DNA from: an uncultured Gemmatimonadaceae bacterium
GTDB lineage: Bacteria > Gemmatimonadota > Gemmatimonadetes > Gemmatimonadales > Gemmatimonadaceae
Direction of reading: 5' to 3'
NCBI GenBank assembly: GCA_963757185.1
Contig: CAVWQI010000003.1
Location: forward strand, 1-64,000
Length of the DNA stretch: 64,000 bases
This document shows, piece after piece, positions 1 through 11,268 of the stretch. How positions within the stretch are numbered: the stretch's first letter is position 1; each line of letters starts with the position of its first letter. The notes beneath the pieces are model-generated. The model was not told the origin of the DNA. It did no database searches and saw only the letters and a program-made list of their open reading frames with translations. Made by a program: the position numbers and the translations under genes.

Positions 1-95
1 AACGCCGCCGGCGAGTAACCACTCTCGCCGACGGCGCTTACCCCCACCTTCACTTCACGACTCCCAGACTCCGTCTCTCAGCTCCCGCCGCGACC

Positions 96-1667
96 CTACC
101 ACCCCGGATTCTGGTGCCCCGCCAGCGCCGGATTCAGATCGATCGCCCGCTGCGGAATCGGCATCAGCTTGTACTTGTCCGGGATCGGCCCGCCGTTCGC
201 CTTCGGGAACTTGCTCGTGCTCGACTTCGCGTGCGACATGCTCTGCTCGATCCGCGCCTTCGACCACGCCCAGTTGCGCTGGCTGTCGAAGTACCCGTTC
301 GGTCCCTCGAGCGTGAGCTCCCACCGGCGCTCGTTGAACACTGAATCGCGGAACAGGTCGTGACCCAGCCCCGGCGTCATGTTCGCGATGCCGGCCCGCG
401 CGCGTATCTGATTGATCGCCGCGTACGCCTCGGCTCCAGGGCTTCCGTTCACCTCGTTCGACGCCTCGGCGATCATCAGCAGCACTTCGGCGTAGCGAAG
501 AATGATGTAGTTCGGCTCCTCGGCGCCCGTGCCCGTCATGAGCGGGTCGAGGAACTTGCGCGGGAAGGGCGTTTCGCTCGCGTACCCCTGCGACGCCGTC
601 TTGGTCTCGTCCCACGTTTGCGGCACGCCGTTCTTGTTCCACGTGAAAATGAAAGTCGCGGCGCGGCGCTTGTCGTTGGGGAGGAACGTGTGGAACCAGA
701 TGCTCTCCGCCTCGAACGAGCCGTTCGTCGACGCGCCCAAGAAAGGCGCCGTGTTCGTCGGCGCCATGTGCGACGAGATGCGGCCGCCGAGTCCCGATGC
801 GCGGATGCACTCGACGTCGAAGATCACCTCGTTGTTTCGCTCGTTCACCGTGCCGCCGAAGAAATCGAACAGTGTCATCGGGTCGGCCACGAGCGAGTAG
901 TCGCCGTCGGACTGCACCTGTTTGGCGAAGGTGAGCGCGCTCTGCCAATCGGCCGCCGTTCCGACGCCCGTGCCGGCGCGCTGTAGATACATCTTGGCGA
1001 GGAGCGTCTTGGCGGCGCCCTTCGACGCGCGGCCGACGTCCGCGGCCGTGTAGGTCTTGGCCGACGGCAACGAGGCGACTGCGTCCTTCAGGTCCTGCTC
1101 GACCAGCGCGTAGACTTCCTGCGCCGTGTTGCGCGGAATCGCCAGGCTGTCGAGACCCTGCGTCGCGTGGATCTTGATCGGCACGCCGCCGTACATGCGG
1201 ACCAGGTTGAAGTAGTGCGTCGCGCGCAGGAACTTCGCTTCGCCGATGATGCGCGAGCGGAGCGCCGTGTCCATGTCGATCTTCGGCACGTTGTCGAGCA
1301 CCGAGTTGGCGCGGTTGATCGCGTCGTACGCCGACTGCCACACCGACTGCACGTAGGCGTGGTTGACGGGAATCGAGTAGACGTCGGGCTGACTGCGTTC
1401 GTTGGTCGCCGACAGGCGCGACGTCCACATCTCCGTGGGATGCTCGACGAGCATGACGAAGTTGCGGCCGTAGTAGTTGTCGCCCGTATTGTTGATGAAA
1501 TCCGCGTAGACGCCGTTGATCGCCGCCAGAGCGTCACCGGAGTTTCGGTAGAAATTCGTCGGGCCGATGAAGTCGAACGGCTTCTCCGTCAGAAACGCTT
1601 TGTCGTTGCACGCGAGAGCCACGGCCAGCAGGCCGAGCGCGCCGACATTCTTCATTCGATTGCGCAT
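96..1667 (-). CDS. RagB/SusD family nutrient-uptake outer membrane lipoprotein
   Basis: 523-aa ORF with a lipoprotein-type signal (GALGLLAVALAC). SusD-like sequence organisation. Lies directly 3' of a SusC-like receptor on the same strand, the classic SusC-SusD order. Confidence 0.85.
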   Translation of the reverse strand: MRNRMKNVGALGLLAVALACNDKAFLTEKPFDFIGPTNFYRNSGDALAAINGVYADFINNTGDNYYGRNFVMLVEHPTEMWTSRLSATNERSQPDVYSIPVNHAYVQSVWQSAYDAINRANSVLDNVPKIDMDTALRSRIIGEAKFLRATHYFNLVRMYGGVPIKIHATQGLDSLAIPRNTAQEVYALVEQDLKDAVASLPSAKTYTAADVGRASKGAAKTLLAKMYLQRAGTGVGTAADWQSALTFAKQVQSDGDYSLVADPMTLFDFFGGTVNERNNEVIFDVECIRASGLGGRISSHMAPTNTAPFLGASTNGSFEAESIWFHTFLPNDKRRAATFIFTWNKNGVPQTWDETKTASQGYASETPFPRKFLDPLMTGTGAEEPNYIILRYAEVLLMIAEASNEVNGSPGAEAYAAINQIRARAGIANMTPGLGHDLFRDSVFNERRWELTLEGPNGYFDSQRNWAWSKARIEQSMSHAKSSTSKFPKANGGPIPDKYKLMPIPQRAIDLNPALAGHQNPGW

Positions 1668-1683
1668 TGGTCTGTGTCCTCGC

Positions 1684-4600
1684 TCAGTAGGCGATGTTGA
1701 CGCCGATCGTGACGCCCTTCGCCAGCGGATACTGGCCGACGTCGACCCCGCGATTCACGTTGCCGATGCCGAGACTGCTCACGTCCGGGTTGAACCCGCT
1801 GTAATGCGTCCACGTGACGAGGTTCGTGCCGGTGATGTAGGCTCGAGTGTTCGACAACCCGTACCGAGACAAAAAGCGCTCGGGCACTTGAACGTCGAGC
1901 GTCACGCTGCGCAGTCGCAGGTAGGATCCGTCCTCGAGCAGGTCGCTCGTGATGTCCGATCCCGTCGTGCCCGGAGTGAAGTTGATGCGCGGGAAATCGG
2001 CGCCGGTGTTGGCCGCCGTCCACGCGTCGAAGTAGCGGTCGGAGACGATGTTCGTCCCCGGGCTGCCTTGGATCAGCCGAACGTCGTTCAGGTTCAGAAT
2101 CTTGTTGCCGTAGGTCGCGTCGAGCAGGCCGCTGAGGCGAAAGCGGCCGAGCGTGAACTGGTTCTGCCAGCCCGCGGTGAACTTGGGATTCGGATCGCCG
2201 ATGATCGTGCGGTCGTCCGGCGTGATCGCGCCGTCGGGGCCGGTCGCCTGGCCGTTCACCGGAGCGCCGGCGAGGTCGACGATCATGATGTCGCCAGGAT
2301 GCCACGTCGTGCCGCTCAGCGGTTTCACTTTCGCGCTATATGCCGCGGCGGCGGCCGAATCGCGCAGGATTCCGTTCGTCTTGTATCCGTAGAACACGCC
2401 GAGTGGCTGGCCGACCTGAATCAGCGAGCCGAGGAGCTTGAGGTCGCTGTTCACGCTGCCGGCGAAGATCGACTGCACTCCGCCGAGGTCGAGCACCCGG
2501 TTCTTGTTGTGCGAGTAGTTGACCGTCGTCGTCCACCCGAGCGAATGGGTGCGACCGTCGAGCAGCGTGAGCGTGAGGCCGAGCTCGTACCCGTTGTTGC
2601 TCACCGACCCGACGTTCTGGAGCGCGGTGCCGAATCCGCTCTCGAACGGCAGGTTGACCGCCAGCAGCAGGTCGCTGGTGGTCTTTCTATAGATGTCGCC
2701 CGTAAAGCTCACCCGCCCGCCGTAGAGGCCGAGGTCGACACCGTAGTCGGTCTGGCGCGTCGACTCCCAGCCCAGGTTCGGGTTGCCGACCGACGCCGGG
2801 TAGTAGCCCGGTACGACCGCGCCGCCGAACGTGTATTGCTGCGACAGCAGGTGGGCCATCGACTGGTACGGTTGGATCGAGGGATTGCCCGCGAGACCAG
2901 TCGACGCGCGGAACTTGAGCAACTCGATCGCCGAAAACTTCTGCATGAAGGGCTCGTCCGAGACGCGCCATCCGAATGCCGCCGACGGGAAGAAGCCCCA
3001 TTGGTGATCGGCGCCGAAGCGCGACGAGCCGTCCTCTCGGCCTGTGACTGTGAACAGGTACCGGTTGGCGAGCGTGTAGTTGATGCGTCCGAGGTACGAC
3101 GCCAGCGTCCAGCGCGTGTGACCCGAGGCAACCTGCGGGCCGCCGGTCTGCGTGCCGGCGCCCATGTTCTCGAACACGTCGATGTCGCTGACGAAGTTGC
3201 TGTTCTGGATCGTGTTGAACGTCAGGTCGTTCTGCTGGCGCGAGTATCCCGCCACCGCGTTGATCGCCTGGTTCGCGCTGAACGTGCGGTCGTACGACAG
3301 CGTGTTCTCGTTGAGGAAGTTCGTGTTCTCGGTGCGTCCGGTTTTCGCGTAGCCGTTCGTCTGCGAGCCCATGAGCGTCGTGCGCGGGTAGTACGTGTTG
3401 CGAGACCGGTTCGAGAGATCGCCGCCGAGGCTCGAGCGGAACTTGAGTCCGTCGGCGAGCTGGAATTCGCCGAACGCGTTCGCCAGCACGCGCGTGTCAG
3501 CCAGCTTGTCGGTCACGTCGGCGGCCATCGACACCGGGTTCGGGATGTTCGTCGGCTGGAGCACGCTGGCCGGGTTGTTCTGCGCCATCAGCGTATACGC
3601 GCCGTTGGGCTGGCGCACCGGGAGGATCGGGTAGTAGTCGATCGCCGCCCCGACCGCGCCGGCGCCGGCGTTGAGCGAGCCGTCGGTCGGAACCGAGTTC
3701 GTATTCACGCGGCTCACCATGACCGTGCTCGCCACGCGCGCGCGGCTTCCGATGTCCTGATCGAGGTTGCCGCGGAGCGAGATGCGCTTGAACGCCGAGT
3801 TGATGACGACGCCCTGCTGCTGGAACACGCCGCCGGAGAGCGCGTAGTGCGTCGCGTTCGCGCCGGCGTTCCCGCCGGTCACGCCAAGCTGGAGGTTGGC
3901 GAGCGGCGCGCTGCGGAAGATTTGCGACTGCCAGTCGGTGTTGGGCAGCGTGTCCGGGTTGGAGAAGACGACACCGGTGCCGTTGTTCACCGACCAGTCG
4001 TTGACGAACTTCGCGAAGCCGGCGGCGTTGAGAAGCTGGTAACGGTGCGCCACGCTCTGGCTGCCGCTGTACGTGTCGAGCGTGAACACGGGACGCGCGG
4101 TCTGCCCGTGCTTTGTCGTGATGATGATGACGCCGTTCGCCCCGCGCGCGCCGTAGATCGACGTCGCCGACGCGTCCTTCAGGATCTCGATCGACTCGAT
4201 GTCGGCCGGGTTGAGCGCCGCCAGCGGATTCGACGGAACCGTCGTCGTCGCGTCACGGCCGCCGTCGCTCGGGTTCTGCAGGTCGGCGTTGTTCTCGATC
4301 GGGAAGCCGTCGATGACGTAGAGCGGCTCGTTGTTGCCCGTCACCGATGAGCCGCCTCGAATCCGAATGGAAAGCGCGCCGCCGGGTGCGGACGATGCCT
4401 GCGTCACCGAGACGCCGGCCGCCGCGCCTTGCAGCGCCTGTTCGAGCGAGAGCGTCGGCGTCTGCTCGACGTTCGGCGTCACCGTCGCGACTGAGCCGGT
4501 CAGATCCGACCGCCGCTGCGCGCCGTAGCCGACGACGACCATCTGGTCGAGCGTGACGGACGCCGCGGAGAGCGCGATGTTGAGCGTGACCGTTTGGCCG

Positions 4601-4893
4601 GCGGCGACGGTCACCTGCTGCTCGACCGGTGCGTAGCCGATGCGCGCGGCCTTGACCCGCTGCGTGCCCACAGGCACGTCGCTTATTGTATAACGGCCCT
4701 CGGCGCCGGTTCGACCACCGAGCTGCGTTCCGTTGATGGTCACGGAGACGTTGGCGACGGGCGCGCCGGCGGTGCGGTCGGTGATCAGGCCGACGATCCG
4801 GCCGGTCTGGGCCGAGGCGCTGGCGGGCGGGGTGGCCGCAAGAAGAGCGGGGAGGAGCAGCGCGAGACGGGAGAGGAGTCTCGTCGAGAGCAT
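1684..4893 (-). CDS. SusC/RagA family TonB-dependent outer membrane receptor
   Basis: The ORF runs 1684..5040. The probable start is the Met at 4893, which gives the signal peptide MLSTRLLSRLALLLPALLAA. It has an N-terminal carboxypeptidase-regulatory-like domain, a plug region (DQMVVVGYGAQRR...), a long beta-barrel, and a C-terminal aromatic residue. Confidence 0.9.
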   Translation of the reverse strand: MLSTRLLSRLALLLPALLAATPPASASAQTGRIVGLITDRTAGAPVANVSVTINGTQLGGRTGAEGRYTISDVPVGTQRVKAARIGYAPVEQQVTVAAGQTVTLNIALSAASVTLDQMVVVGYGAQRRSDLTGSVATVTPNVEQTPTLSLEQALQGAAAGVSVTQASSAPGGALSIRIRGGSSVTGNNEPLYVIDGFPIENNADLQNPSDGGRDATTTVPSNPLAALNPADIESIEILKDASATSIYGARGANGVIIITTKHGQTARPVFTLDTYSGSQSVAHRYQLLNAAGFAKFVNDWSVNNGTGVVFSNPDTLPNTDWQSQIFRSAPLANLQLGVTGGNAGANATHYALSGGVFQQQGVVINSAFKRISLRGNLDQDIGSRARVASTVMVSRVNTNSVPTDGSLNAGAGAVGAAIDYYPILPVRQPNGAYTLMAQNNPASVLQPTNIPNPVSMAADVTDKLADTRVLANAFGEFQLADGLKFRSSLGGDLSNRSRNTYYPRTTLMGSQTNGYAKTGRTENTNFLNENTLSYDRTFSANQAINAVAGYSRQQNDLTFNTIQNSNFVSDIDVFENMGAGTQTGGPQVASGHTRWTLASYLGRINYTLANRYLFTVTGREDGSSRFGADHQWGFFPSAAFGWRVSDEPFMQKFSAIELLKFRASTGLAGNPSIQPYQSMAHLLSQQYTFGGAVVPGYYPASVGNPNLGWESTRQTDYGVDLGLYGGRVSFTGDIYRKTTSDLLLAVNLPFESGFGTALQNVGSVSNNGYELGLTLTLLDGRTHSLGWTTTVNYSHNKNRVLDLGGVQSIFAGSVNSDLKLLGSLIQVGQPLGVFYGYKTNGILRDSAAAAAYSAKVKPLSGTTWHPGDIMIVDLAGAPVNGQATGPDGAITPDDRTIIGDPNPKFTAGWQNQFTLGRFRLSGLLDATYGNKILNLNDVRLIQGSPGTNIVSDRYFDAWTAANTGADFPRINFTPGTTGSDITSDLLEDGSYLRLRSVTLDVQVPERFLSRYGLSNTRAYITGTNLVTWTHYSGFNPDVSSLGIGNVNRGVDVGQYPLAKGVTIGVNIAY

Positions 4894-5174
4894 GCGGCGT
4901 TCTCCTTCGGAATGGGTCGAAACCGTCTTTTGTTCTTTATACGAACAAAAGAGATCGAGAAACGCGAGCCGAAGCTCGCGATCGCACTGACGACCGAACG
5001 TCCTGCACTCGCAAAACAGCGAAAAACACTCACCTAACAACGTGGCCAGCGCTACGATTGGTCACATCCGGCACGCCCCGCCGGCCACGCCCGCGATATT
5101 GTTCGCGCAACGAACATTCGCGGCCCCCTAACCTGTGCATCCCCGGCCGATCGCGCCAGAGGCAACGCGTGAAG

Positions 5175-6227
<1,053 letters not shown>

Positions 6228-6343
6228 GCGAGCGTGCCGTGGGGGGCGGCGAAATCGTCAATCCGAAGCGAGGATCGCGGACTGGCAAACGAGCTCGGTC
6301 TCGAGCATGAGCATGAGCGGGAGCCGCGAGCTACAGCATCCAT

Positions 6344-6380
6344 AAGGCGCGCCGACGGTTGGCGCGCCTTAATGATTTCG
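6344..6380 (+). terminator. candidate rho-independent terminator after uxuA
   Basis: Perfect 10-bp GC-rich stem AAGGCGCGCC/GGCGCGCCTT with a 7-nt loop, followed by the T-rich stretch AATGATTT. It lies about 115 nt after the uxuA stop. Confidence 0.4.
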
Positions 6381-6430
6381 GGCCCGAATGCCGAAACTCT
6401 GAAGGCGATTTCCCCTTTTCCGACGACGAA

Positions 6431-8263
6431 ATGGCCGCACCGCAAATCACACAAGACCGGCTGGGCGACATGCTCGTGCGTGAGGGGTTGATCACGCGCG
6501 AGCAGTTGTCCAAGGCGTTGGCGGAGCAGAAGCAGAGCGGGCAACGGCTCGGCTATACGCTCGTGAAGATGGGCATCCTGCCCGAGATCGACCTCACGAA
6601 AGTGCTGGCGAAGCAGCATCGCATGCCGGCCGTCGATCTCTCGCGATTCGAGGTCGATCCGAAGATCGCGAAGATGATTACCGCGGAACTCGCCCAGAAG
6701 CATCTGGTGATGCCGCTCAAGCGCGAGGGACGATCGCTGACCGTCGCGATCGCCGACCCGTCGAACCTCGTCGTGCTCGAGGACATCAAGTTCATCACGC
6801 GGTGCGACATCATCCCGGTGGTGGCCGGCGAGTACACGCTGGCGACGATGGTCGAGAAGGTCTTCGGCTCGACGGACGACCAGCAGATGGCGTCGTTGAT
6901 GGACACCATCACCGAGCTCGAAGGCATCAACGACGTCGAGGTGTTGGAGGACGAGGAAGACGACGTCTCGCAAGCGGCCCTCCAGGCGCAGATGGAGGAC
7001 GCGCCCGTCGTCAAGCTGATCAACGCGATCCTCACCGACGCGGTGAAGCGAGGCGCGTCCGACATTCATTTTGAATGCTTCGAGCACGAGATCCGCGTCC
7101 GGTATCGCATCGACGGCGCGCTCCAGGAAGTCATGAAGCCGCCGCTCAAGCTCCGCGCGGCGCTCATCTCGCGGTTCAAGATCATGGCGATGCTGAACAT
7201 CGCCGAGCGGCGCGTGCCGCAGGACGGCCGCATCAAGCTGAAGATCGGCAACCGCGTCATCGACTACCGCGTGTCGACGCTGCCGACGCTGTTCGGCGAG
7301 AAAGTCGTGCTGCGAATTCTCGACAAGGGCAACCTGACGTTCGACCTCTCGACGTTCGGCATCGAGCCGCGCGCCGAGGCGGACCTCATGGAGGCGATCT
7401 CGAACCCGTACGGCATGGTGCTCGTCACGGGCCCGACGGGCTCGGGCAAGACGACGACGCTCTACTCGGCGCTCTCCAAGGTCAACCAGATGGACGTCAA
7501 CATCATGACCGCCGAGGATCCTGTCGAGTACAACCTGTTCGGCATCAACCAGGTGCTCGTGCGCACCGACATCGGGATGACGTTCGCCGCGGCGCTCAAG
7601 GCGTTCCTGCGGCAGGACCCGAACATCATCATGGTCGGCGAAATTCGAGATCTCGAAACGGGCGGCATCGCCATCAAAGCGGCGCTCACCGGCCACATGG
7701 TGCTCTCGACGCTGCACACGAACTCGGCGCCGGAAACGGTGACGCGTTTGTTGGACATGGGACTCGAGCCGTTCAACGTGGCGTCGGCGGTGAACCTCGT
7801 GCTCGCTCAGCGGCTCGTGCGGCGCATCTGCGCCAACTGCCGCACGCAGTACCAGCCGAGCCCCGAGGAGTGGGCGGCGCTCAAGGTCAAGCCGACGACG
7901 CCGCTGCGCGAGCTGCGGTTCACCGAAGAGGCGCTGATCAACGCCAAGGCAAAGGCGACCAAAGAGGCCGTTCCCTTTCTCGCGAAACTGAGCCTCGACA
8001 CGACGTTCGGCGAGCTGGGCTACTTCAAGGGAGCCGGTTGCGACACGTGCGCCGGAACGGGCCTCAAGGGGCGCCAGGGCGTGTACGAGGTCATGACGAT
8101 GACGCCGCACCTGCGAAAGCTCGTCATGCAGAACGTCGGCGCCGCGGAGATTCGCGAGGGGGCCATCGAAGAGGGAATGCTGACTCTTCGCATGGACGCG
8201 TGGCTCAAGGTGATGAAGGGAATCACCACCACGGAGCAGATGATCCGCGAAACGTCGGCGTAA
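6431..8263 (+). CDS. pilB: type IV pilus assembly ATPase PilB (GspE family)
   Basis: The ORF runs 6359..8263, with a likely ATG at 6431 (MAAPQITQDRLGDMLV). It has the GspE/PilB N-terminal domain, Walker A VTGPTGSGKTTTLY, Asp/His boxes, and a C-terminal tetracysteine motif (CANCRTQY...CDTCAGTG). Confidence 0.9.
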   Translation: MAAPQITQDRLGDMLVREGLITREQLSKALAEQKQSGQRLGYTLVKMGILPEIDLTKVLAKQHRMPAVDLSRFEVDPKIAKMITAELAQKHLVMPLKREGRSLTVAIADPSNLVVLEDIKFITRCDIIPVVAGEYTLATMVEKVFGSTDDQQMASLMDTITELEGINDVEVLEDEEDDVSQAALQAQMEDAPVVKLINAILTDAVKRGASDIHFECFEHEIRVRYRIDGALQEVMKPPLKLRAALISRFKIMAMLNIAERRVPQDGRIKLKIGNRVIDYRVSTLPTLFGEKVVLRILDKGNLTFDLSTFGIEPRAEADLMEAISNPYGMVLVTGPTGSGKTTTLYSALSKVNQMDVNIMTAEDPVEYNLFGINQVLVRTDIGMTFAAALKAFLRQDPNIIMVGEIRDLETGGIAIKAALTGHMVLSTLHTNSAPETVTRLLDMGLEPFNVASAVNLVLAQRLVRRICANCRTQYQPSPEEWAALKVKPTTPLRELRFTEEALINAKAKATKEAVPFLAKLSLDTTFGELGYFKGAGCDTCAGTGLKGRQGVYEVMTMTPHLRKLVMQNVGAAEIREGAIEEGMLTLRMDAWLKVMKGITTTEQMIRETSA

Positions 8264-8270
8264 ACTCAGG

Positions 8271-8321
8271 GCGGTGGACCGGTGGACCGGTGGACCGGTG
8301 GACCGGTAGACCGGTGGACGG
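8271..8321 (+). repeat. octanucleotide tandem repeat (CGGTGGAC)n, about 6 units
   Basis: Reads gcGGTGGACCGGTGGACCGGTGGACCGGTGGACCGGTAGACCGGTGGACgg. It starts 8 nt after the pilB stop. The same repeat family recurs at 47692, 48969 and 58679. Confidence 0.9.
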
Positions 8322-8628
8322 CACGCGCCCCGATGAGAGAAATCTCACGCGTTCCGAACCGCGAGCGGAAATGGCCGTGGCGGCGGGAATTCGCCTACAC
8401 TTCCGGCGCGCCGAGACCGAAACTTGTGATCGAGGGCTCCGGGCGCCGTGTTGGCGCCCACGTGCCCGGCGTCGATCGACGGCGCCGGGTACGAGGGTCC
8501 CGAGCATGACCCAACCGATCCGTTCGTCGTCCTTCTCAGGATGGGCGCCGGGGCCGTGGAACGAATCGTTCCAGCTCGCGGCCGGAGCGCCCACCACACA
8601 ACGCTCAAGCGGTTAAAGGCCGCCTTCG

Positions 8629-9795
8629 ATGACCCCATCGCCGTCGACACCTTCGTCGTCCAATCCTTCGGGCGTGAATCTCCGTCTGCTCCTCGAGGAG
8701 ATGATCGATCGGAATGCCTCCGATCTGCACGTCACCGCGGGCGAGCGGCCGAAGTTCCGCATCGACGGCGACATCACCAACTCGAACATCGAGGTGGTGA
8801 TGCAGCCGAAGGACACGCTGCAGCTCGCGTACTCGGTGCTCACGGAGAATCAGAAGAAACGGTTCGAGATGGAGGACGAGCTCGATTTCTCGTTCGGCAT
8901 CCAGAACCTGGCGCGTTTCCGCGGCAACTGCTTCAAGCAGCGCGGGTGCGTCTCGATGGTGATCCGGCAGATCCCGTTCAACATTCGCAGCTTCGAGGAC
9001 CTCGGCCTTCCCAAGGTCATCGCGGACCTGTCGGACCGTCCGCGCGGCCTGATTCTGGTCACCGGCCCGACGGGTTCCGGGAAGTCGACGACGCTGGCCG
9101 CGATGCTCGACCGGATCAACAAGCAGATGAAAGGACACATGATCACGATCGAGGATCCGATCGAGTTCATTCACAAGCATCAGTCGTGCATCGTCAACCA
9201 GCGCGAGGTCGGCTCCGACACCAAGAGCTTCCAAGCCGCGCTCAAGTACGCGCTCCGTCAAGACCCGGACGTCGTGCTCATCGGCGAAATGCGCGACCTC
9301 GAGACGATTCAGGCGGGACTGACGATCGCCGAGACGGGACACCTCGCGTTCGCGACGCTGCACACGAACAGCGCGGCCGAGGCGGTGAACCGCATCATCG
9401 ACGTCTTCCCCAGCCACCAGCAGTCGCAGGTCCGCGCCCAGCTCGCGTTCTCTCTCGAGGGCATCATCACGCAGACGCTTCTGCCCAAGATCGGCGGCAA
9501 GGGCCGCGCGATGGCGGCCGAGATTCTCGTCGTGACGCCCGCGATTCGCGCGCTGATCCGCGATGACAAGATCCACCAGATCTACTCGATGATGCAGTCG
9601 GGCAAGAAGTACGGCATGCAGACGATGAACGACGGGTTGTACAACCTCTATATGAGCAAGACCGTCTCGCTGGACGAGGTGCTCCGCGCCAGCCACGACC
9701 AGTCGGAGATCATGCGCATGATCGGCATCTCGCCCGAGGGCGACACGCCGGGCAAGCCGCAGCAGACGGCGGCCGCGGGGGCGGGAAGGCGGTAG
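8629..9795 (+). CDS. pilT: twitching motility ATPase PilT
   Basis: 388 aa. PilT N-terminal ASDLHVTAG motif, Walker A VTGPTGSGKSTTLAAM, and PilT-specific motifs (AIRALIRDDKIHQIYSMMQSG, GMQTMNDGLYNLY). Confidence 0.9.
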   Translation: MTPSPSTPSSSNPSGVNLRLLLEEMIDRNASDLHVTAGERPKFRIDGDITNSNIEVVMQPKDTLQLAYSVLTENQKKRFEMEDELDFSFGIQNLARFRGNCFKQRGCVSMVIRQIPFNIRSFEDLGLPKVIADLSDRPRGLILVTGPTGSGKSTTLAAMLDRINKQMKGHMITIEDPIEFIHKHQSCIVNQREVGSDTKSFQAALKYALRQDPDVVLIGEMRDLETIQAGLTIAETGHLAFATLHTNSAAEAVNRIIDVFPSHQQSQVRAQLAFSLEGIITQTLLPKIGGKGRAMAAEILVVTPAIRALIRDDKIHQIYSMMQSGKKYGMQTMNDGLYNLYMSKTVSLDEVLRASHDQSEIMRMIGISPEGDTPGKPQQTAAAGAGRR

Positions 9796-9901
9796 CGGAC
9801 GCGTTGATTTGGTGACGCGGCTCACGACCGGCGGCCCGTAATCTTCCGGCCGCCCCGGTCGTCTTACAGAGAGCAGATCAAGCAGCCATCTCGAGGGATC
9901 G

Positions 9902-11101
9902 ATGCCTCAATACACGTACACGGCGCGCGCGGTCAACGGCGAGCTCAAATCGGCGACGATCGACGCGCCGTCGCGCGACGACGTCATCAAGCAGCTCCGG
10001 CAGCTGAAGCTGAACGTCGTCAAGATCGACGAAGGGACCGCGAATCGAAAGAAGCGCGGCGGGTCGATCAAGATGCGCGACGTCGTCATCTTCACGCGGC
10101 AGTTCTCGACGATGATCAACGCGGGTCTCCCGCTCGTGCAAGCGCTGGACATTCTGGCGAACCAGAGCGAGAACCCCGCGCTCAAGGACGTGACGCGGCA
10201 GGTCGTGTTCGACGTCGAGTCGGGCAACACGCTGGCCGACGCCATGCGCAAGCATCCGCGGGCGTTCAGCGATCTGTACGTGAACATGGTCGCGGCGGGT
10301 GAGGCGGGCGGTATTCTCGACACGATCCTCATGCGCCTCGCCGTCTTCATGGAAAAGAACGACGCCCTCGTTCGGAAGGTGAAGGGCGCCATGATCTACC
10401 CGGGCGTGATCATCTCGGTGGCGGCGATCGCCATTACCGTGCTGCTCATCTTCGTGATCCCGACGTTCGAGACCATGTTCGCCAGCGCCAACATCGCGCT
10501 GCCGCTACCGACGCGAATCGTGATCGCCATCTCGCGCGGGCTGAAGAGCTATTGGTTCATCGTCCTCGGTGCCGCGGCGGGCATGTACTTCGCGATCCGG
10601 AACTACTACCGGACGGCCGGCGGAAAGCTGACGATCGACAAGCTCCTGTTGAAGATGCCGGTGCTTGGCGACGTGCTCCGCAAGTCAGCCGTGTCGCGCT
10701 TCACCCGCACGCTCGGAACGCTGATCTCGTCGGGTGTGTCGATCCTCGACGGCCTCGAGATCACCGCCAAGACGTCGGGCAACCGCGTCATTCAGGACGC
10801 GATCATGGAATCGCGCTCGTCGATCGCCGGCGGTGACACGATCGCCGCGCCGCTGAAGAAGTCCGCGGTCTTTCCGCCGATGGTGATCTCGATGATCGCG
10901 GTCGGCGAGCAGACGGGCGGCCTCGACGAAATGCTCACCAAGATCGCCGACTTTTACGACGAAGAAGTCGACGCGGCGGTGTCCGGCCTTCTCGCGCTGA
11001 TGGAACCGGTGATGATCGTGTTCCTCGGCGTGGTGGTCGGCGGCATGGTCGTCGCGATGTACCTGCCGATCTTCGACATGGTGAACGCGGCCGGCGCGTA
11101 G
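9902..11101 (+). CDS. pilC: type IV pilus inner-membrane platform protein PilC (GspF family)
   Basis: 399 aa. Two GspF-type repeats (NAGLPLVQALDILANQ... and SSGVSILDGLEITAKTSG...) and three predicted TM segments. Confidence 0.9.
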   Translation: MPQYTYTARAVNGELKSATIDAPSRDDVIKQLRQLKLNVVKIDEGTANRKKRGGSIKMRDVVIFTRQFSTMINAGLPLVQALDILANQSENPALKDVTRQVVFDVESGNTLADAMRKHPRAFSDLYVNMVAAGEAGGILDTILMRLAVFMEKNDALVRKVKGAMIYPGVIISVAAIAITVLLIFVIPTFETMFASANIALPLPTRIVIAISRGLKSYWFIVLGAAAGMYFAIRNYYRTAGGKLTIDKLLLKMPVLGDVLRKSAVSRFTRTLGTLISSGVSILDGLEITAKTSGNRVIQDAIMESRSSIAGGDTIAAPLKKSAVFPPMVISMIAVGEQTGGLDEMLTKIADFYDEEVDAAVSGLLALMEPVMIVFLGVVVGGMVVAMYLPIFDMVNAAGA

Positions 11102-11268
11102 CCGGAAGCAACCAGCGGTCGCGGCTCTGCCGCGTTTGCGGATCGAATCGGTATAGCCCAAAGGTCTCACAGCCGGCGGGGTCCGCGGCTCGTTGTACAT
11201 GGTGAGACCGCCGCGAGTGGTCGCCGATGACCGGCAACCGGCCGCGCGTCGCCGGCGCGGCTTGCGAC

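Noticed and set aside
55-1428. 457-aa ORF (and the overlapping 360..986 and 1088..1537 ORFs) on top of the SusD gene
   Set aside because: Alternative-frame and antisense ORFs are typical of a 68% GC sequence. The translations are extremely Arg/Ala/Gly-rich with no domain signal, and SusD occupies the locus.
1567-4350. 927-aa plus-strand ORF antisense to the SusC receptor gene
   Set aside because: It is antisense to a strongly supported 1070-aa TonB-dependent receptor and its composition is low-complexity Arg/Val/Ala. It is a GC-bias artefact.
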